A stretch of DNA of 54,638 nucleotides from Catajapyx aquilonaris (lineage: Eukaryota), in assembly GCA_000934665.2 (NCBI GenBank), contig KZ538295.1, positions 310,001 to 364,638 of the forward strand. The letters run 5' to 3'. Positions 34,461-46,000 of this stretch are shown piece by piece. Made by a program: the position numbers and the translations under genes. The notes below the pieces were generated by a model. It saw only the letters and a list, made by a program, of their open reading frames with translations, did no database searches and had not been told where the DNA came from. How positions within the stretch are numbered: position 1 is the stretch's first letter; each line of letters opens with the position of its first letter.

Positions 34461-37400
34461 TGGTTGAGAGTCAGAAAAAAAATTTGCAGCCGACATCTCT
34501 GGCCAAGATGGCGACTGTTCCTTCGCAGTTTCCCCAACACTTCTTCAGAGGTGTCGGAGGAGCAGCGAGGGGGGGGAGGGGTTGAGAGGAGGGGGAAGAG
34601 GAGGAAGGGGGAGAAAATTTTTTTGGAAATTTTTAAGACACCTGCTTAATGGGAGGGGGCGGTCACTTTTTTCGAAGAAAAAAAGTTAAAAAATATAAAG
34701 TCATCAAAATGATCAAGTGGCTCCGCTTGTGTCGTCCATCCCGGCAGCCCCCACCCTACGCACCCCATAGTCCCTACATTTGTGTTATACCAGGGAGTTA
34801 CATTCTCAAACCTATCACCCCTCCAAATATTTAAAACTACAATTTAAACTATAGGACCTATAAAATCACAAGCACATCCAAATTAATCAGCACACTTTTT
34901 AGAGCATTTCCAATGTTTTGTTGCAGCCTGACCTTTGACCTGAAAGGCCCTAATATTAGGTTTTTGGTCTGTGGCCAGGCCCTACCTCGGTCTCCATCTG
35001 TCGGAGCTTTCGTAATGAGACTGTACAGAGCACAGTACTTAGATATACAGTATATCTCTCGATGTGAGGTAGTATGCCCCTAGCCAAACGTAGTGGCAGG
35101 TATCATTATCTATGAATGTGACGTAGGCGAGTGGTCACCTCCTTGGGGTCATCAGGACGGACATGCGGCATCACTGTTTCGTGGCATTGTGTATGGATTA
35201 TTAAAGTAATAAATTCCAACTACAACCCGCTACAAACCCGCTTCTGCTGTGCGTGGAGATGCGCATATCGTCGACGCGGCTTTAGATAGGCAAATTTTGG
35301 TGTAGGCTTGGTGACCTTCATGTCTCCTTGACCTTACATATTCCCCCCTTTCCACCCCCGCCCCGCTACCCACAAGGACAGGCGGACTGCTACATTTGGC
35401 TAGCAGGCTAGGAGTATACTACCTCACATCGAGAGATATACTGTATATCTAAGTACTGTGCTCTGTACAGTCTCATTTCGAAAGCTCCGACAGATGGAGA
35501 CCGAGGTAGGGCCTGGCCACAGACCAAAAACCTAATATTAGGGCCTTTCATGTCAAAGGTCAGGCTGCACCAAACCATTGGAAATGCCCTAAAAATTGTG
35601 CCGATTCATTTGCATGTGCTTGTGATTTTATAGGTCCTATAGTTTAAATTGTAGTTTTAAATATTTGGGGGGGGTGATAGGTTTGAGAATGGAACTCCCT
35701 GGTATAACACAAATGTAGTCACTATGGGGTGAGTAGGGTGGGGGCTGCCGGGATGGACAACACAAGCGAAGCCACTTGAAAATTTTGATGACTTTATATT
35801 TTTGACATTTTTCTTCGAAAAAAGTGACCGCCCCCTCCCATTAAGCAGGTGTCTTAAAAATTTCCAAAAAATTTTTCTCCCCCCCCCCTCCTCTTCCCCC
35901 TCCCCCCCCCTCTTCGCTGTCTCCTCCGACACCTCTGAAGAAGTGTTGGGGAAACTGCGAAGGAACAGTCGCCATCTTGGCCAGAGATGTCGGCTGCAAA
36001 TTTTTTTTCTGACTCTCAACCAAGGAGACAAGGGATTTGAACCCACATCTCCCGATTGAGAGTCTGATGCGTTACCACACAGCCACGCTCTGGTGCAACG
36101 AGAGTGCGAGTGTTGGAAGGGTCTAGCCTATTTACCAGATGCGCTTCAAAGAGAAATAAATGTGAAATGAGAGACCAAGTAACAGCGAGAAAGGTCCACA
36201 GCGATAAAAAGAAACGACTTCTTTCTTTCAGGATTCGATCCTTCAACCTTCAGGTTACGAAGAAAGCCCCTTAGCCACTAGACCACTGCGCTACTTCGAT
36301 ACTGACACTCTCTCCAGCATGTACTTATTGTAAAGAAAGGGCGCCACAAAATTCAACAATCACCATAAAATATTTGATTTAGGTTACATTTTTTTGCCTT
36401 ATTAGTGTGCTAATAAGTAAAAGAATGTGATAATTTGTGTTTCAGTTATATCAGGTAAAAAAGGCATATTCATTATACAGTATGTTATCAGAAACCATTA
36501 TTTTCGCGGCTTTTCCAGTTTTCCCCGCCACTTCTTCCACCCTTTTCTCCCAGTCTCCCACTCTGCGTTACTGAGCTAGTCAGGGTGTGACCCGAGGTCA
36601 TGGGTCACACAATGTATTGTATACTGTATAAAGCATAATAAATTATAATCATATGCATTATGTGTACATTATTTAGTTAGTACAGTGCAGTACACAATTT
36701 GCTGTGTATACCATGCATACACATTGTTTTTAGAGCGCTTAAAACTTGTCATAGATAAAATCCTGCTCTATTGAAAAAATACTTGTGGATCGCTGCGAGA
36801 GCCAATAATAAATTTATATTAAGAAATATGGAGAAAAATATAACTATAACGCTGCTCAAGTATATGTGCAGGAAGCGCTCACCTACAATCCTGTATAGTG
36901 TTGACGAGTACAAAATGAAGGATTAAAAATTGCCAAAAAAAAGTATCTAAAAATATGAACGTGGATCAGTTAAAAGAAAACATAATAACTTAATAATGTC
37001 GACTGCTCGAAACATTTATTATGCACATTTAATGGGAGGTTCCTGGTTACAATTAAGCATTGCGAATGGTTCAACGAGATTGATAGTACCTGATGCAGTT
37101 GTGAACTGGGTTGTCTGAAAATCAGGTATGACGCACATTCTCGAGATTCAATTTTTTTGCCATTATTAGCTCCATATTAGCCACTAGACCAATGAAACAC
37201 ATGACAAATATCTACTGCATATGCGGGTAATTAGCTATAGTACTGTAATACAGGCCAATGTTTAACTCGAACGAATACTTGAGTAACGGATTTTAATGTT
37301 TAGATGCAATGACATGCTATAAAATTGAAGCCTTTTTGATTCTAAATTTTCTTAATAATATACTGTACTTGCCTCCCTGAAGACCTGGCACACCGAAATT

Positions 37401-40038
37401 ACTCGTAATTGACCTGGAATCTCAACGAGGAAGAATTTATTGAGGGATAATTAAGGTTCTTCATTAGCAAGCTTGTTTTTGTTTTTTCCGATCCACAGAT
37501 ATGGGCACAACGCGCATTATATGAAAAAAAGTTCGTCTGTTTAATCGCACATAAATACGTATAGATGTAGATTCTGCTAGGTATGACGGTGATGACGGTG
37601 CTTCAATATTCCTTCGAGCGTTCCTCTCTGCATTTCTTGCTCCTCCTCCTCCAGGGGGTTTATGTGAACCTCTCTGTCCTGCATCTGAGCAATGTAGCAG
37701 TCTGGTGTTCACGATAGTGCTTGTGTCCCAACAGCGTCGCACACACCCATTCCACATGATAAATAAAGTGCATTAGGGATATGATTACCCTGGCACGTAA
37801 AATGCGCCCCAATTTGACTGCTAGTACTACATTCCATTAACAGACTTATTTGAGTTAATTGCCCCCCTAATTAACCTGATAAAAATTGATATTAGTTGTG
37901 TTACAATCTATGTGCTGGTGTATATTGTCACGCACTCGGTGCCTGCATCTCCTCCTTGCAGCGGTGACGTCAAAAACGACGTGACGTAAGGTGTTACTCG
38001 TTAACCTTTCAACATTATTAACTGCTGCATCGCTGCGCTGGTACGCGGCCAGCTGGAAAAATAAGGACCAAAGTAAGCCAGCGTATGACTGTCGTGCAGA
38101 TATATTTATTCAGGCAAAAGTTGGATGCCGTTATGGTTATCCTGATGTTGAGATTGGAGCGTGGATTGGAGCCATACCTCTGCAGGCGCTCTAAGTAAGT
38201 AAAGGTCAAGTTATTGTGAAAGAATTTTACGACTTCTATTTGCCCTCTTTGACTATACATAATTATGACGTATATCGACACGATTCATTTCATCTAATAT
38301 CTAACAAACGTGATCAAAATGGGGCGGTCTAAACGCACAATATTTAGGATTTACCAACTTAATACAACTTATTTATTCACTAGCCTGTAGATTACAACAT
38401 ATGTTCCACTTGAGAAAAGGATTCTAAATTTGCACTTACTTGCACGTAGCCTACTTTTCATTACAGTATGCCTTCTTCATTGCCAACTAGACTTCAAGTA
38501 TAATTATCATCTCGCCTCTTCTGCATCCCATTGTCATCCTGCGTAATAAAAATGTGTTAAAACATGCTCATTATCTTGCAACGTACTTAACAATAAGCGC
38601 TTACCATATACCCTGCTGGGTGTGCAGACAAGTACTTCCTGCTCTTTCCATGTACATGCAAGTAATGCACACGTTTGACCAACTCTGAAACCAATGACCT
38701 CTGCAGTCCTATACGCTAGCAACTACTTCACTCGTAGTACTTACATATTATTTCATCCTCATATTTCTCTCACTCACATACTTCTGACGAGTGACACTGA
38801 ACTCATGTAAAACATGCTACTGTATCTCACAAAAAAATTAGGAAATCTTATCCTGATATTTCAGAGCTGCCCTTGCTGCACTCTTGTTCGCCGGGTTACC
38901 TACATTTCAGGATAAAAGATTGTATTGCTGGATGCAGCATGCTACTGTAGTTGATTCTTATAAATAAGTAAATAAATAAATTGTGATTAAGTTTGTTCTA
39001 GCGTTGTAGAGCATGAAGAATGTATAATTCTGCTCTAAACGGTTGTGAGCTAAGATCAGTTTCTTATTTAAATGGCTGCAAATAAAATAAAATAAAACGC
39101 AAAAAGGTCGCAGTTGTGGAGGAATTTAGTATTTATTATTGGAACTATTACACATTAATAGACTGTTTATACTGTACATATGTTGATAAAAGTCAGGTAA
39201 ATCACATTGAACTTGTCCGATATTCATTCACAGCAATCACATGCATCTGGCTTAATAATTTATTGTTACTTATCTCTTCTTCTATGAATGAAGTTTATGA
39301 AGAAAAAAAAAGGCTGTATACAGATAGTGATGGTGTAAACTTGTGAAGCAAATTTTTTTAAATCATTTAGTGAGCAACTAGAAGATCATGTATATATTTT
39401 TTATCTGACAGGGGGTGTGGGAGGCAGGCAGAGAAGAATATTCACTCTAAGCAGTAGAAAATCCCTGCAGTGAAAGTAAGCGTGTATCATATCATTTTAT
39501 CCTTCACATCACAATATCTTACCAAAGGCAGCCCGTAAAAGGACATTAAAATTGTCAGGAAAATTTTGAGTCCTCTGTCTGTATTTTTCGAAGCGAATAT
39601 GTCACAAGATCAAGATATTATTCATTTTGAGGTGTGGAAGGGGGCGACATAACATCTAATACTGAACAGGAATATACGACACGCGTCACTTTCACGGTAA
39701 AGAACTGCAAACCCAGGACATTCTTTTCTTTCCCAAACAGGAACTGGATTAGATCATAAAAAATAAAGACTCAAGTAGATCCCTTCTTTAAATATTATCC
39801 ATACGCCTTAAACTTTTCTCAGGGTATAACTGGGCCATTAAAATTCAAAAATCCTCATCCGAACCCAAATAAAATATTAATAACAATATTTGTCGGTGGG
39901 GGAAAAAAGGGACAATCTCCCAGACCAGCAGAGAGAGAGAGAGAGTGGACCCACTTGACCTTCCAAAATGGGAATACCCGCACCCGGCAAAATTATAATT
40001 AACTGTCATGCAGCACATGCAGTTTTAAAGGCATGTGT

Positions 40039-40179
40039 CTACCGTAGACAATGCCACATTGCGACAGACTTTCGCACGTTCTGGGTCATATCCTGCCAGT
40101 GATCTTGCTCTGCTCCTTCTTCATGAGGACCGACCACGCAAGTTCCCAGGACGTCGCTGGGCTGGTCCACAACACACAC
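40039..40179 (-). CDS. Syt: Synaptotagmin terminal exon (C2B end, WHxL motif)
   Basis: Acceptor TGTCAG|; HWQDMTQNVRKSVAMWHCLR*; TAG ends at 40039. Confidence 0.9.
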   Translation of the reverse strand: MCVVDQPSDVLGTCVVGPHEEGAEQDHWQDMTQNVRKSVAMWHCLR

Positions 40180-43087
40180 CTGACAGGTCAAAAGGTCAGT
40201 TAGAAAATTATGCAGCACTATTCTCCTTTACAAGTGACAGCATTTTTGCAAAATAGGAATGTAAACTGGAAAAAATGCTGACTGGACAAAATTCTTGCAG
40301 TAAATTTTTGTACAACTGACCTCAACACATGTTTGTGATAAACTGGCAGAGGGCACGCTGAAGGTAAAGGCTTCGTTCCAGACAGGATTAGCTGAGGCCT
40401 TCCTTGCTGATGTCTTCTTCTTCTTCAACCTTTTACCTCCCACCACTAGATAAACTTTGGCAAACGGATCTGCAGAAAGGAAAATATGGTTTTAAACAGG
40501 ATTTTAAATAAGCACGTTTCCCCTTTTAAACTGACACAGAACTAGACAATTAAATGGACAATGGACATAACATATTGGCAAAAAAAAACAATATTTACAA
40601 ATTAGAAAAGGTCACAGCACATTATTTAGCAAATTCAACAGCGATAAATGGCAAAGTAACGATTTTCAATCCCGTACAATTTCGAATAAAACAACAAGAA
40701 AATGTGAGTTTAACTTTACCACGTACAAAATTATAATAATACTATTACTTTTTGGTGGTTATTCATATAGGAACAACCCATCACTAAAAAGTACTGTGGT
40801 TCATAGCAAGATCAACCCTGGAAGTAATCCTTTGCAATCATTACAGAGAAATAAAATAAAATATTTCTGACCTACTTCATTTTTTCTTTCCAACCTGCAA
40901 TAATAATATTATTCAAACCAAGCTCACCGACAGTTTCCTTGTTGGATGGCATGAATAAGTTTCTGGCCTTCAACAAAACCACGGTTAGACGCTCAGCAGA
41001 TGGGAGGTAGCTCAGAGAAAACAGCACTTCTTGCATCTCTCCAGGTGGCTGTAATTCACGACAGAGAGTTACTTACATAGTTTAGATATTTTAAAGCAAA
41101 TTATTTGGCGCACAACCTTCTTGTTCTTGGTGATTTCCGCCCAGACCTCGACGTTGGCAGTGACCTCAAAGTCCTGCAGGTTCATGTGGACCTCACCGAT
41201 GACATCATTCCTGGAATACCGATCGTAGTCAAAGACCTGCATCAGGAGCGTCTTGTCCATCAGATCCTCCTGGGACACCGGGAATTTAAAGTGCTCGTCG
41301 AAAAACGGGTTCGGATCGTTCCTGTGAATTGACGTCTGTCTCTTCCGTCCGTCCACTTCCGGCAGCATACTCAGACGGACGTAGGGATCGTTGAAGCCAC
41401 CCTGGTCACTCCCAGTCAAGTTGTGAGCTTGAACAACAATTATTGTCAGTCGGTGGCCCGTGACAATGTTATAGTACCCACAACATAACTTCTCAAAAAG
41501 TTAGGCGGTGACCTCTGGCTCCATTAATGTCACACATACCTTCGATCAGATGCACGTGCAGGTCGGACTTGTCGAAGTCGAAAGTGAGCCTGAAGTGCAG
41601 GCGTCCCAATGGGGGTGACCCGGGTGGGCAGCATCCGAGGAAGACCGTGGTGTCCTTCCTTTGGTAGAGGTCAAGTTGCAGGGCCCCGATGGGCGAGACG
41701 GGCCCGGGGCTGATGGAGGAGTTGGCCGATGCCCCTGAGGTGTCTGAAGGGGTGGGGGACTTGGGCGGGATCAGCAGTGGGGAGAGACACCGGGGCCGCC
41801 CGTGGTGTCCAGGAGAGGACTGGCAGCCTCCACCTCCGGACGAAGAGGAGGCCAGGGAGGCCAGGGAGGACTGCGAGGGAGAGGAAGGCGTCGGGTGTTG
41901 CTGCCCGTGGGCAGGAGAGGAGCAGGATCCGGGCAGGGAACGGATGTCCAGGGAGGCCGCCCTCTGCTGCTGGTATTGCGGAGATGGTGACCTGCATCCT
42001 GACCTCCCGCAGTTGCCGCCGCCGGGAGGGGACAGGTCAGCGCTGCGACCCTCAGGAGTGAACGTCCGGATCGCAGGAGACGACCCGCGATGGCCCTGCG
42101 TTCATAAAACAAACAAACAAAAAATGTAATTTCGACAAACTTGGCAACACTGCCCCATCAGATAGATGGCGCGCATCCCCCCTCTCTGTACACTACTGCC
42201 ACTGTCAGGGTCATACGGCGGAAAGCGGTACTACATTATTCACAATCAATCGACCTTCTTTTCCGCTTATGTCAGAGTGCTGTTTAAGCGGCTGTCAACC
42301 CGTAGCCTTTTGCTCAATTCAATTGATGGGCCTTCCGCTCGCCTTATGGACAATCACGGCTCCAAAAATTAAGTTTGGTGACGTCTCTCATCCCTGAATC
42401 CTCTGGTTCCAGGCAAGCGTTGGTGGAAAATCGACGTCAGTTGGGGGAAAATGGGGACGAGGCGTGGGCGGGATGAGAGGTCAGAGATTGTCGCTTGAGT
42501 GAAAACTTTGGCACACACGGATTCTGCTTTAACGGATATTTGGATATTGGAAGTTAGCGCAGTGTTTCCCTTCCCGAGAAATCCCTTCAGGGCTATATGG
42601 TAATACGTAAAACACTGTAGGTACACTGTGGTACTCTTAATGTGTGTTCAAAAGGCTGTAGTATAATATGCCACTAACAGATGGCGCTCATTTACCTCTG
42701 CACACTACTGCCACTCGACGAGAAAAGTGGCAACTACATGCACGTTGGTGTTGAGTCACCGCTTGTGGACAAAGTCACGACTAGCCATTACCATATATGA
42801 TTGTTAATTACTTGTTAATTACTTGCCTGTCTGGCCACACTCTCGATGCTGCTTTGCGATGAGATTGATGGCGTCCTGAAGATACGGGATGCCGCGGATG
42901 AGGGCTGCTGTTGCTGGTGGTTGGACCCCTGGTTGGCCCCGGGGCCGGAGGGAAGGGAGCGTGACTGGTGGGTCAGCATCGCCCCGGGGCTGGAAGGGCA
43001 GCAGTCAGGGGAGTTGGCCTCTGGAAGGCTGCTGTATCCAGACTGAAGGGGCTGCACCACATGCTTCTCCTTCGCCACGCAGAACTC
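40039..43087 (-). CDS. Syt: Synaptotagmin-family tandem C2 protein (resembles insect Syt-beta / Syt13-15-like class), 5'-partial: complement(join(40039-40179,40321-40469,40928-41048,41117-41427,41540-42095,42827-43087))
   Basis: C2A: GRLHFRLTFDFDKSDLHVHLIEAHNLTGSDQGGFNDPYV...VFDYDRYSRNDVIG. C2B: FSLSYLPSAERLTVVLLKARNL...KRLKKKKT...NPVWNEAFTF...WHCLR*. Intron phases are consistent. Subfamily assignment is from memory only. Confidence 0.9.
40321..40469 (-). CDS. Syt: Synaptotagmin exon (C2B polybasic region)
   Basis: Acceptor CTGCAG|, donor GAG|GTCAGT; DPFAKVYLVVGGKRLKKKKT...NPVWNEAFTF. Confidence 0.92.
40928..41048 (-). CDS. Syt: Synaptotagmin exon (start of C2B)
   Basis: Acceptor TTACAG|, donor G|GTGAGC; FSLSYLPSAERLTVVLLKARNL. 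Confidence 0.92.
41117..41427 (-). CDS. Syt: Synaptotagmin exon (C2A core)
   Basis: AAG acceptor, donor AAG|GTTGTG; DPYVRL and DYDRYSRND motifs. Confidence 0.92.
41540..42095 (-). CDS. Syt: Synaptotagmin exon (S/P-rich linker plus start of C2A)
   Basis: Acceptor CGCAG|GGC, donor GAAG|GTATGT; stop-free frame GHRGSSPAIRTF...RCLSPLLIPP...LHVHLIE. Confidence 0.88.
42827..43087 (-). CDS. Syt: Synaptotagmin exon (linker, EFCVAKEKHVVQPLQ...SIESVARQ)
   Basis: Acceptor TTGCAG|GAG; GC donor CAG|GCAAGT keeps frame with the next exon. Confidence 0.78.
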
Positions 43088-46000
43088 CTGCAATTAATAA
43101 TAAATAAATACATAACTTTAATAAATAATAACAATCCCTACATTTCAATGCTCTTTTTTCAGCATAAACTGGTATTGTTGAAGCTTGATCCATATGCGGT
43201 AATGAAGTATTAGTTTTTCACGACCTAATTAAATGCGAGCACAAAGGCGAAAAAAATACTCCAGGGCAGGCACAGCTGAAGCCTTTTATGAATGGAAAAG
43301 TTGGATATAAAATCCCTGGAAATAAACCTTCTGCCAGCAGGGACTGGATTTAACCACGTTTTTTACGTGTATATAAACATGCATAGAAAGCCAGAGCACA
43401 TGTTTCGCTTGAATGGAACTGAGGAAAAGTTTTCCCCCCTATACGTTGCTGTCTATTGAGATTGGACCTAATATTAGCCTTAATGCTTCAGACGGTCGGT
43501 ATATACGATGAAATGAGCGTTGTCGTGCCAACCGATCGCAATCTCAGCGGCCTTTGACTCTCGCTTTGACTAGTGTTCAAGCGATGTGAAGAAAAGGCCT
43601 GGTGAAAAGAGGTTCGAAATAAACTCACGCCGCATTAATTTTGAGCAGTGATTTTGCTCAGGGTGCCCATGGCAACACGGGTATAATCTCACTCAAACAG
43701 GTCAGCATTGAAAATAATTTAAAAAAAGCACTGGTACCACCTATAAGGTCACATCATGCTAAGTACTAACTAAAGAAATGGTACAAACTGCCATGAACTA
43801 TTGCTGGTGAATGTTTAAAAAAAACAATCTAATTTTCATGAATTGCAAAAATGTATCAGCATAACTAATATTTTTCAAAGGATTTTCCTCCTTCAAATTA
43901 CCGATTGTACTTGGTAGTATTATAAAAATTGTCCATGTTTATGTGTGGGTTGGGTTGCGTCATGCTAGGATGAATGCAATGGAGGTGGAAGATATACTTT
44001 CAAAAAAAAATAATTAAAGAAAATGTACAATGCAAATTTATTTCCGGCGTGTACTTCATTAATTTCGAGTGTTCTCCTTCAACACAGGGTATACCCCGCG
44101 GTGATGCAGCCACATGAAGCCTCACAACATTACTGTGTTTTTGCAAATTCATATCGATTTCGCCTTGAGAACAGCAGGTGAGCTTCACTGTGCAAGGATT
44201 GTTTTTCAAGTTCAAGGTGTAATAACATGACCTACATTACAACGGCAACAAACATTTCGAGTTGGCAAAAAAAAGCGACACTTATTTACCTAAAATTTAC
44301 ACTATAATCCACTTAGCTGCTGCACACTCCAAATATTTGCGTACAACCCCGTACTATTATAGTGCAAATTCAATGACTTATTTAAGTACATCGTGCTTCA
44401 CAGTTGGGAGGCGCATTATTGTTCATTCCAGCAACCACTTTAAAAATAAGCAAGACATGTAATCACACTGTAGCCCAAATTGTTTGTAGTAAATCAGTCA
44501 TTTAAACTGGTTGAAGGCAAACAGTACGTAACTTCTCCTATTTTCACACTGAGCACTGTATAGTGGTGAAATGGAAATCAATCCTACTTGTTGGCAGCCT
44601 GAGTCTGAAAAATCAAGACAGGTCTTTTTTTCCCTATCCCTTGAGGGAATCCCCCACAAGTTTATTCGAAACCTGTATAACAATTTAGTTGAAGCGTCTC
44701 AACGGACCCGTTGCAGTAAGTGGTTTTCGACTTTTTGAAAAAACGTAGCTATAGGATCTTAGTCCTATGGCTTTGCTATAGGCTCACGACCTCCAAATGC
44801 CTGAGAACAAATCAATTTTTTAAACGGATACACAGTTGCTACATTGTCCACACAAAGACGTTCAAATAATGAAGTTCAATAAAACTGGCAGATACTATTT
44901 GCGTATTGCGTTGCAGAAACAATTCAACAAAGTCAGGAAAGTGCGCAGTCCCATCCTATAGAGGCCTCATTTGCAAATTGCACGTACATTTTGTATATCA
45001 TAGTGACAGAATTATTTTGAAGATCACGCAGGCGCTGCCGGATCCACAGAAAACCGCATATTCAATGATATAATCTAGGTTAAATTGGGTTTGCAGTCAA
45101 GCTCAGAGCAGATGTTCCAACTTTTAAGGCAGAAATATTTATAATAAATTGTTGCTGTCATGTACTTGCTAACCTTTCATTTAAAAAGTTGAAGAAATGA
45201 ATCAGTCATAATTTAGTTATAATGACTAATGATCCAATACTAACGCTGTGAATTAAAATTTTCCGAGAATAGCCTCTAACGCGCTGATGTCACAACGTAA
45301 ATTTCAGTGAACATTCTAGTAGGTTAGTTATCATTTTTTTATAGTACAGTGATGCCAATTTTGCACACTAAAATCCCTTTTGTGTCCCACCCTGTTGCAC
45401 TTTATGCCAATTTTATTTTTATTTTTATCTGCCCTGCTCCTATTTCACGCCAGGAGGCCTTAACTCGCTAAACTGGGTTAGGGGAGCTCATTCTCTTCGC
45501 AATTTACTTTCTTCGTTGACTTGACAACTCTGCAACATACACCTGCATTGATCCACTCTTTCTTGTCACCCCTTGTTTATCCCACCCTCTCTATACCTTT
45601 GCCTGCCAATATTTTAGCGTCAACATGACCGCCCCAATTGAGTCACGTCTCCTCTTGTAGATACCTGACGTATCTGCCATTTATCTTCCCTATACAAAAA
45701 GGTGCTGCTCTATACTTTGCTGTACATAATGTTACAGCGTACTTCCCGAGTGAATAATATCTCTGCACTTTGTGGGTACTCATATACGCTCGAGTGCTCG
45801 AATAATTTATGGAGTACTCATTGTAGTAAATCCCACGCACGTCTACAAGGAATTATAGCATAACTCGACTGAAATATGTGCGTCATACAGTCCTCTCCTT
45901 TTCATCCCCTTGAATTCCGGATTCTCCCCATAAAATGCGGTTCCCTTTTATCCGGATCCACTTTCCCTTAAGGCTCATCCTTTTAGAACCCGTATTGATC

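Larger units (their letters stand above)
34030..36452. mobile_element. ~2.4-kb foldback/palindromic element: arms ~34030-35095 and ~35386-36452, ~290-bp non-coding spacer
   Basis: Arms align end to end as reverse complements with high identity; mirrored ORFs in the track (34237+/36016-, 34437+/35657-) confirm this. Confidence 0.92.

Noticed and set aside
34134..36246. Mirrored ORFs in the palindrome arms as proteins
   Set aside because: Non-ATG or weak starts, frame differences between arms and no recognisable domain
38812..38945. Weak inverted repeat
   Set aside because: Only short blocks pair; too degenerate to call
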